DNA from: Gemmatimonadota bacterium
Lineage (GTDB): Bacteria > Gemmatimonadota > Gemmatimonadetes > Gemmatimonadales > JACORV01
Length of the DNA stretch: 64,000 bases
NCBI GenBank assembly: GCA_041476105.1
Contig: JBGOSS010000015.1
Coordinates: 2,829 to 66,828 of the forward strand
Direction: 5' to 3'
The position numbers and the translations under genes are program-made. The stretch's first letter is position 1; every line of letters starts with the position of its first letter. The notes beneath the pieces were generated by a model. That model made no database searches and was not told the DNA's origin. It was given only the letters and a program-made list of their open reading frames with translations. Shown in pieces: positions 60,505-64,000 of this stretch.

Positions 60505-62488
60505 GCGACGGCTGGTCGCCGGGCGACAGGCGGGCCTTCGAGGTGCGGGGCGCTCTGAGCAACGCCTCGACTTCGGCGCGCCCTTCGGCGGCGAACCCCA
60601 TGGCGTCGGTCAGGGAGCGCGCGGCGGTGAGGTCGGCCGTCAGCTCGCTCAGCGTGCCGGTGCCGGCCTTGAGGCGGAGCAGGCTGAGCCGGACGGTTTC
60701 CAGCGACGTCACGGCCGAGGCCAGCCGCCTCGCCGCCTCGTCGCGCTTCAGGGTGAGGTCGGCGCACAGTTTCGCGCGGACGTCGGCGAGGCCCGACTCG
60801 GGGGCGTCCCCGGCGAGCGCGCTGGAGCGGCCGGCGTCACTCTGGTCCCCGAGTCCGGCGAGCGCGCCGTTGAGCTCGTCCACCGTCTTGCGCATCAGGG
60901 CGGCATCGTGCTGGAGCCGCTCCAGCACCGATGGGAGTTCCTTCAGCTCCTTGCGCTGGTCTTTGGGCAGCGACTCGAACAGCGCGTCAGCGGCGAGGCC
61001 GATGGCCATCTCGGTCGGCCGATAGGTGAGCTCGGCGGGGACGGCGCGCTTCTTCAGGCGGAACCGCGAGATCTTCTCGAACCACCGGCCGAACTTGCTG
61101 TTCCAGAACCTCGACCGCAGCTCGGCGCGCCCGTCCCGGGTGAGCCGTTGGCCGGGGAAGAAGGTCTGGAGGATGGCCCCGGCTCCGAGGACCGCGCTCG
61201 AAAAGAAGAAGGCCGGCACCCAGGGTCGAGCACCGTTGGTGATCAGGATGGTCGCGAAGCTGAAGAACGTGGTCGTTCCCGCGGCGATGGTCGCCCAGCG
61301 CACCATCCTGGCCGGCAGCGGGGGCTCCCGGTCGAACTCGACGGCCAGCTCCTCGCGGCGACGCTGGGCGTGCAGGCGCAACGCCAGCCGCATGTCTTCG
61401 AGGCCGTACCCGGCGCGCACCAGGCGGCGCGTCTCGACCAGCCGGTAGAGCGCCGTGATCCCGAACGCTCCGCCGATGCCGACCAGGATCGCGCCGAGTC
61501 CGCCCAGTACCATGAAAGGGCCGCCGCGGTAGATCATGGCGATCCCCATTCCCAGCGCCGGGGCGGTGACGAAGGGCACGAAGACCAGGTGGGCGACGGT
61601 CGGCTGCGTGTTCCGGGTCATCCAGACGCGGACCGCGGCCGGCAGCTCGCGGGGGCGCTCCACCGACTGCGCGACCGACTCGGCGAGCGACTCGCCGTCG
61701 GGAAACCGATCCGCGGGGCTCTTCGCCAGGCAGCGGTCCACGGCCTGCGCCAACTTGCGGGGAAGGCCCGGCGAGACCGCCAGCACCGCCGGGGCGGGCT
61801 TGGTAATGTGCATCGCGAGCAGCCCGGGGGCGTCCTCGGCCTCGAAGGGGAGCTTCCCGGTCAGGGCCAGAAACGCCACGATGCCTAACGAATAGAGGTC
61901 GCTGCGCCCGTCCACCGGGTCGCCGTTGGCCTGCTCCGGGCTCACGTACTGCGCGGTGCCGAAGGCCTCGGCGGCGCCGCCGGCCGCGCCGGCGATGCCG
62001 AAATCCATCACGATGGCGCGGCCGCTGCTCCGCTCGAGCATGACGTTGTCGGGCTTCACGTCGCGGTGCACCACGCCCCGGCCGTGGGCGTAGCCCAGCG
62101 CCCAGGCGACCTCCTGGAGCATCCGCGCGGCGTCGTGCGGCGTGAGCGCGCCGCGGGCGCGCAGCCGCTCGCCCAGGCTCTCGCCGTCGACGAACCCCAT
62201 CACAAAGAAGACCAGGTCGCCGGCCTCCTCGACCGCATGGATGGGGACGATGTTGGGATGCGAGAGCTTGGCGGCGGTGCGCGCTTCGCGCAGGAAGCGG
62301 TCGCGCAGCCCGGGCCGTGCCGCGAGCGCCGGTGGCAGGAGTTTGATCGCGACCAGCCGGTCGAGGGCCACGTCGCGGGCCAGAAACACCACGCCCATCC
62401 CGCCCCGGCCCAGCTCGCGTTCCAGGGAATAGCGCCCCGCCACGGCCTGCTGGAGGGCGACGAACTCGGGAGCCACGGTCTCGGGCAC
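60497..62488 (-). CDS. Membrane Ser/Thr protein kinase with multi-TM and coiled-coil C-terminus (paralog A)
   Basis: Same architecture as paralog B. The N-terminal 60 aa are nearly identical (MPETVAPEFVALQQAVAGRYSLERELGRGGMGVVFLARDVALDRLVAIKLLPP). 8-nt overlap with paralog B. Confidence 0.9.
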   Translation of the reverse strand: MPETVAPEFVALQQAVAGRYSLERELGRGGMGVVFLARDVALDRLVAIKLLPPALAARPGLRDRFLREARTAAKLSHPNIVPIHAVEEAGDLVFFVMGFVDGESLGERLRARGALTPHDAARMLQEVAWALGYAHGRGVVHRDVKPDNVMLERSSGRAIVMDFGIAGAAGGAAEAFGTAQYVSPEQANGDPVDGRSDLYSLGIVAFLALTGKLPFEAEDAPGLLAMHITKPAPAVLAVSPGLPRKLAQAVDRCLAKSPADRFPDGESLAESVAQSVERPRELPAAVRVWMTRNTQPTVAHLVFVPFVTAPALGMGIAMIYRGGPFMVLGGLGAILVGIGGAFGITALYRLVETRRLVRAGYGLEDMRLALRLHAQRRREELAVEFDREPPLPARMVRWATIAAGTTTFFSFATILITNGARPWVPAFFFSSAVLGAGAILQTFFPGQRLTRDGRAELRSRFWNSKFGRWFEKISRFRLKKRAVPAELTYRPTEMAIGLAADALFESLPKDQRKELKELPSVLERLQHDAALMRKTVDELNGALAGLGDQSDAGRSSALAGDAPESGLADVRAKLCADLTLKRDEAARRLASAVTSLETVRLSLLRLKAGTGTLSELTADLTAARSLTDAMGFAAEGRAEVEALLRAPRTSKARLSPGDQPSRA

Positions 62489-62598
62489 TGCCTATCCTAC
62501 CATGGAGAAAGGAGGGTCGCCAGAAACTACGACCGCGCCGGTGCGGGAGTGTCGGCGCGGCTCGCGCCGCTGCGAGCGGGACTGTATCGTACCGGGCC

Positions 62599-63228
62599 AT
62601 GACCGTTCCGATTTCACCGCTGGCGCCGCTGCCGCCCGACCCCCAGCATCGGCGGAAAGCCAAGCCGGAAGCCAAGACCGTCATGCACCGGCTGATGGTG
62701 CCGATGCTGATCAGCACGGCTATCGGCGTCTACATCGGCTCGGTGCCGCTGCTCGTTCTGGGCGGCGTGGTGTGGATCGGCTGGGCGGTCTACTACATCC
62801 TGCTCACCCAGATCCTGCAGCCCACCGGCAGCTCCACCCCGTCGGTGGCGCAGCACTCGAACATCGAGGCGCTGGAAGCCCGGGGTGAGTACGCCAAGGC
62901 GGCCCAGGCCTATCGGTCGGTGATCGAGTCCCAGCCGCAGGATATGGTCGCCTGCGAAAAACTCGGCCAGCTCGCACTGCGTCAACTGAAGGACTTCGAG
63001 CTGGCGGTGTGGGCGTACCGCCAGGCCGAGCAGCGCTCCGACCAGCCCAAGCGGCAACTGGGCTACGCCCTGATCATCGCGGGTATCTATCGGGACAACA
63101 TCGGCGACTCCGGCAAGGCGATCGTGGAGTTGCGCAAGGTGCTGGGGCGCTATCCCGATGCGCCCAACGCCGACCGGCTGCGCGCCGAGCTCGAAGAGCT
63201 CCGGAGCCGCCACTTCGAGGCGCCATGA
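62599..63228 (+). CDS. Membrane-anchored TPR-like protein
   Basis: Two N-terminal TM helices, then EARGEYAKAAQAYRSVIESQPQD...AVWAYRQA... TPR-like helices. Confidence 0.65.
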   Translation: MTVPISPLAPLPPDPQHRRKAKPEAKTVMHRLMVPMLISTAIGVYIGSVPLLVLGGVVWIGWAVYYILLTQILQPTGSSTPSVAQHSNIEALEARGEYAKAAQAYRSVIESQPQDMVACEKLGQLALRQLKDFELAVWAYRQAEQRSDQPKRQLGYALIIAGIYRDNIGDSGKAIVELRKVLGRYPDAPNADRLRAELEELRSRHFEAP

Positions 63229-64000
63229 CCCGCCGGCCCCGGCTCGACCCGTCGATCTTCCACCTGCCGGTCGAGAAAATGCGAGCGGGGTACTACACCG
63301 ACAAGTATTTCACGCGGGCCCGCGACGTGCTGCTGGCCGACCGGCACCGGCCCCACCTGATGATGCAGGTCTTCGCCAAGTCCCCCGCGCTCCTGGGCGG
63401 TATGGACGAGGCGATCGCGATCCTGCGGCTTTGCGCCGTCGAGTTCGACGAGCTGGTGGTGCACGCGCTCTACGACGGCGACGAGATCGCGCCCTGGGAA
63501 ACGGTGCTTCAGATCGAGGGCCCCTACGACGCCTTCGCGCACCTGGAGACGCTGTACCTGGGCGTCCTGGCTCGGCGCACCAAGGTGGGCACCAACACCC
63601 GGCGCGTCGTCGAGGCCGCGGCGCCCAAGGAAGTCATGTTCTTTCCGGCGCGGCACGACCACTGGCTGGTCCAGACCGGCGACGGCTATGCGGCGCACGT
63701 CGCGGGTGCCATCGGCGTCTCCACCGACGCGCAGGCTTCCTGGTGGGGAAGCGAGGGCGTGGGCACCGTGCCGCACGCGCTCATCGCCGCCTACGGGGGC
63801 GATACCGTCCTGGCCACCCGGAAGTTCGCCGAGCACAGCGCCTCGGGACGCCTGGTGACGCTCGTAGACTTCGACAACGACTGCGTCGGTGCCTCGCTCG
63901 CCTGTGCCGAGGCGCTGGGCGACCGGCTCTACGGCGTGCGCCTCGACACCTCCGAAACGATGGTGGACCGGTCGGTCATTCCCCAGATGGGGAGCTTCAA
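63225..64000 (+). CDS. Nicotinate phosphoribosyltransferase-family protein (partial, runs off window)
   Basis: ATGA overlap with the previous gene. Open to the window end. YYTDKYF...LGGMDEAIAIL...GVSTDAQASWWG..GVGTVPHALIAAYGGDT...VDFDND pattern. Confidence 0.7.
   Translation, partial: MTRRPRLDPSIFHLPVEKMRAGYYTDKYFTRARDVLLADRHRPHLMMQVFAKSPALLGGMDEAIAILRLCAVEFDELVVHALYDGDEIAPWETVLQIEGPYDAFAHLETLYLGVLARRTKVGTNTRRVVEAAAPKEVMFFPARHDHWLVQTGDGYAAHVAGAIGVSTDAQASWWGSEGVGTVPHALIAAYGGDTVLATRKFAEHSASGRLVTLVDFDNDCVGASLACAEALGDRLYGVRLDTSETMVDRSVIPQMGSF

Noticed and set aside
56977-60558. 1193-aa plus-strand ORF
   Set aside because: An alternative frame of the PPK2 gene running antisense into the Ser/Thr kinase. 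The composition is dominated by R/G/A/P, and both overlapped genes have unambiguous catalytic motifs.
1-64000. Search for integrase, transposase, IS ends, tRNA, rRNA, CRISPR, toxin-antitoxin or known defence genes
   Set aside because: Nothing recognisable was found by eye on either strand. The absence of intI in particular limits the integron call to a cassette array or CALIN.

Overview
High-GC (about 70%) bacterial chromosomal window. The gene content looks like a soil Gemmatimonadota-type organism, but that is a guess. I can support about 75 protein genes. I saw no rRNA, tRNA, CRISPR array, transposase or integrase. All start coordinates were set by hand from the ORF track, Shine-Dalgarno motifs and 4-nt ATGA/GTGA overlaps. 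Many long ORFs in the track are high-GC shadow ORFs and were discarded.

Main content, left to right:

(1) 1 to about 4.9 kb is an integron-type gene-cassette array. Small unrelated same-strand ORFs are each followed by an attC-like imperfect inverted repeat (RYYYAAC ... GTTGAAGC ... GCTTGAC ... GTTAGGC). Stop codons are embedded in the left core. No intI lies in the window.

(2) 6.8-23.8 kb is an unusually long same-strand run of about 35 small accessory-type genes (GNATs, cupins, VOC, lipase, CPBP, ArsR-SRPBCC, DUFs, lipoproteins). It contains two 1-nt frameshifted genes, an ACTTTG-N5-CAAAGT palindrome present twice, and a leaderless-looking arsR promoter.

(3) 24.0-28.8 kb is a sigma-54-promoter-preceded chaperone-usher-like pilus operon (two DUF4402 subunits, a PapD-like chaperone, an atypical usher). 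It is followed by a 926-aa PATAN(DUF4388)-HxxxCxxC-TM protein with a repeat-rich linker.

(4) 36.4-43.3 kb is a glycan-scavenging and sugar-1-phosphate salvage cluster (two GH29 fucosidases, an SSS symporter, a NahK-like anomeric kinase, a nucleotidyltransferase).

(5) 50.2-52.5 kb is an envelope redox module. Its peroxiredoxin has an in-frame TGA exactly at the peroxidatic-Cys position, followed by a stem-loop. This is a candidate selenoprotein.

(6) The right end holds tandem Omp85-type barrels, a glycosylasparaginase, a two-domain PPK2, and two tandem paralogous membrane Ser/Thr kinases.
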